Assembly: GCA_964035545.1 (NCBI GenBank)
Contig: OZ037772.1
Span: 3,811,538 to 3,875,537, forward strand
Direction of reading: 5' to 3'
Length of the DNA: 64,000 nucleotides
Source: Bugula neritina
Lineage: Eukaryota > Animalia > Bryozoa
Under the pieces are notes generated by a model, which saw nothing but the letters and a program-made list of their open reading frames with translations, ran no database searches and was not told where the DNA came from. Position numbers and translations under genes: made by a program. This document shows positions 62,709-64,000 of the stretch, one piece after another. Within the stretch, counting starts at the first letter, position 1; each line of letters begins with the position of its first letter.

Positions 62709-64000
62709 TTAATAATGCATTAAGCAATTTCTATGCAAGACCGAAATATTTAACTTACTCAAAACTTGTACATTTGAACTTTTAATTTCACTCAATTATT
62801 GGGCCTCATGCATCATAAAACTTTTGAATGTGTTTTATATTCTTTCTTGAATGTTGTAGATAAACTGTAGTCTACATACCGTGGTGGAGCAGATATAAGA
62901 ATTTATAATTGCATCAACCCGTTGCAGCAGCCATCTTACTGGAAATCTCAAACAAATCTCAGCATCGCCAAAGCCATATTTTAGCGAGCTGATAGAATAT
63001 CTCAGAGACATAACTTGTAAAGTACAGAAGTAAGAATTAAACACATAGGACAGTATATGTATAATCATGCCTTCCATCAAGGATATAGCTTTTTTAAAGA
63101 ATTTTTTGAGAATAATGATACAAATATTACCACTTCAGCTTAACAACTTATGACATAACGGTTACATTGAATATTATTTTCTAGATATCATATTCGTCTG
63201 TGTTTTAGTACTGCCAAGGATATCACTCAGCACTAAATGGACAAAATTGCTTCTTTTAATTAAGACACTATGCTGGAGAAAGGCCAATATATATGAATTG
63301 GATAAAGAAACTAGTAAATTATTCAGTGTTATAACTTATAATTAAACTTTGAACGAGCTTTGCTCTGATTGGTTTTTTCTGACTTATCGTAATATATATC
63401 TATATCTAGCCAGGGTTTTGTGCCTACATAGTAATGTACACTTCCTATGATAAGAGTAATTGAATGCAAATATAAATGAACATAATTTTTCTGATTTTAG
63501 TCTAGTTATGTTATAAGCATTAGATAACTTGTTTTTGAGACAGCGGGGTGAGAGCTTTGTAAAAAATTTAGCCTAATTAGAATTTCTGTAATAGATAAAC
63601 GTTACTAGCTCCTTAACAATTCAATTGAAGTTGAGTAAAAATATACATCAGATTACCAGTTCAAAGTAAAAGACTCTGAAGGCTAATAACTTACTACGAG
63701 CATTTTAAACAAATAACAAGAGACTAAATTCAAAACCAATTTATAATTATTCTTAGCATATGACAAGTATGAATGTTACAGCTGCTCTTATACAATGTAC
63801 TTGTACAGCTCTTACTCATTCTAGTATGTTTAACTGACATAGAATCCTTGTCTTTCTAGGGACTCCGCACATCGTTGGAGTGCAGAGGTCATCTCCAACA
63901 AAAGACTTTGAATTAAAGTGGATAAATAAAAGTAAGCGCTTGTAATGTTTTTCAGCTCTAATTAAAGTTCCCAAAATGTTATTGTTGGTAAGTTTCAGGC

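Overview
AT-rich invertebrate animal genomic DNA (spliceosomal introns, a fibrillar collagen; species not determinable from sequence alone), dominated by transposable elements and gene relics. 2736-27408 is one nested TE stack that collapses to a 17-bp empty site. It contains three ~1.8-kb non-autonomous hAT-type fold-back elements (CAGTG termini, 8-bp TSDs, ~430-bp inverted arms, (TA)n cores), two of which share the same TSD GATAGAAG. Ty3/Gypsy family A sits in one core and Mag-like Gypsy family C in another, and Gypsy family B (copy B1) is nested in the gag of C. A second family B copy (B2) lies inverted at 49767-57207. The most striking feature is that families A and B, whose LTRs are unrelated, both carry in the env position a conserved ~360-aa ORF that is not Env. 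It encodes an acidic N-terminus, C2H2 + C2HC zinc fingers, a basic motif and a coiled coil. The two B copies also inserted into a near-identical, orientation-specific target (TG[S-TAT]TATAT). Family B has a GUUAAAC/pseudoknot -1 frameshift signal. A and B both have a decayed Gag zinc knuckle and a dUTPase-like spacer domain. The rest of the window holds a fibrillar collagen pseudogene, relic exons (ValRS-like, PACT-like coiled coil, SPOP), a LINE 3' fragment, many minisatellites, and a type I hammerhead ribozyme between (TA)n tracts. All alignments, family assignments and structures were done by eye, with no database searches.
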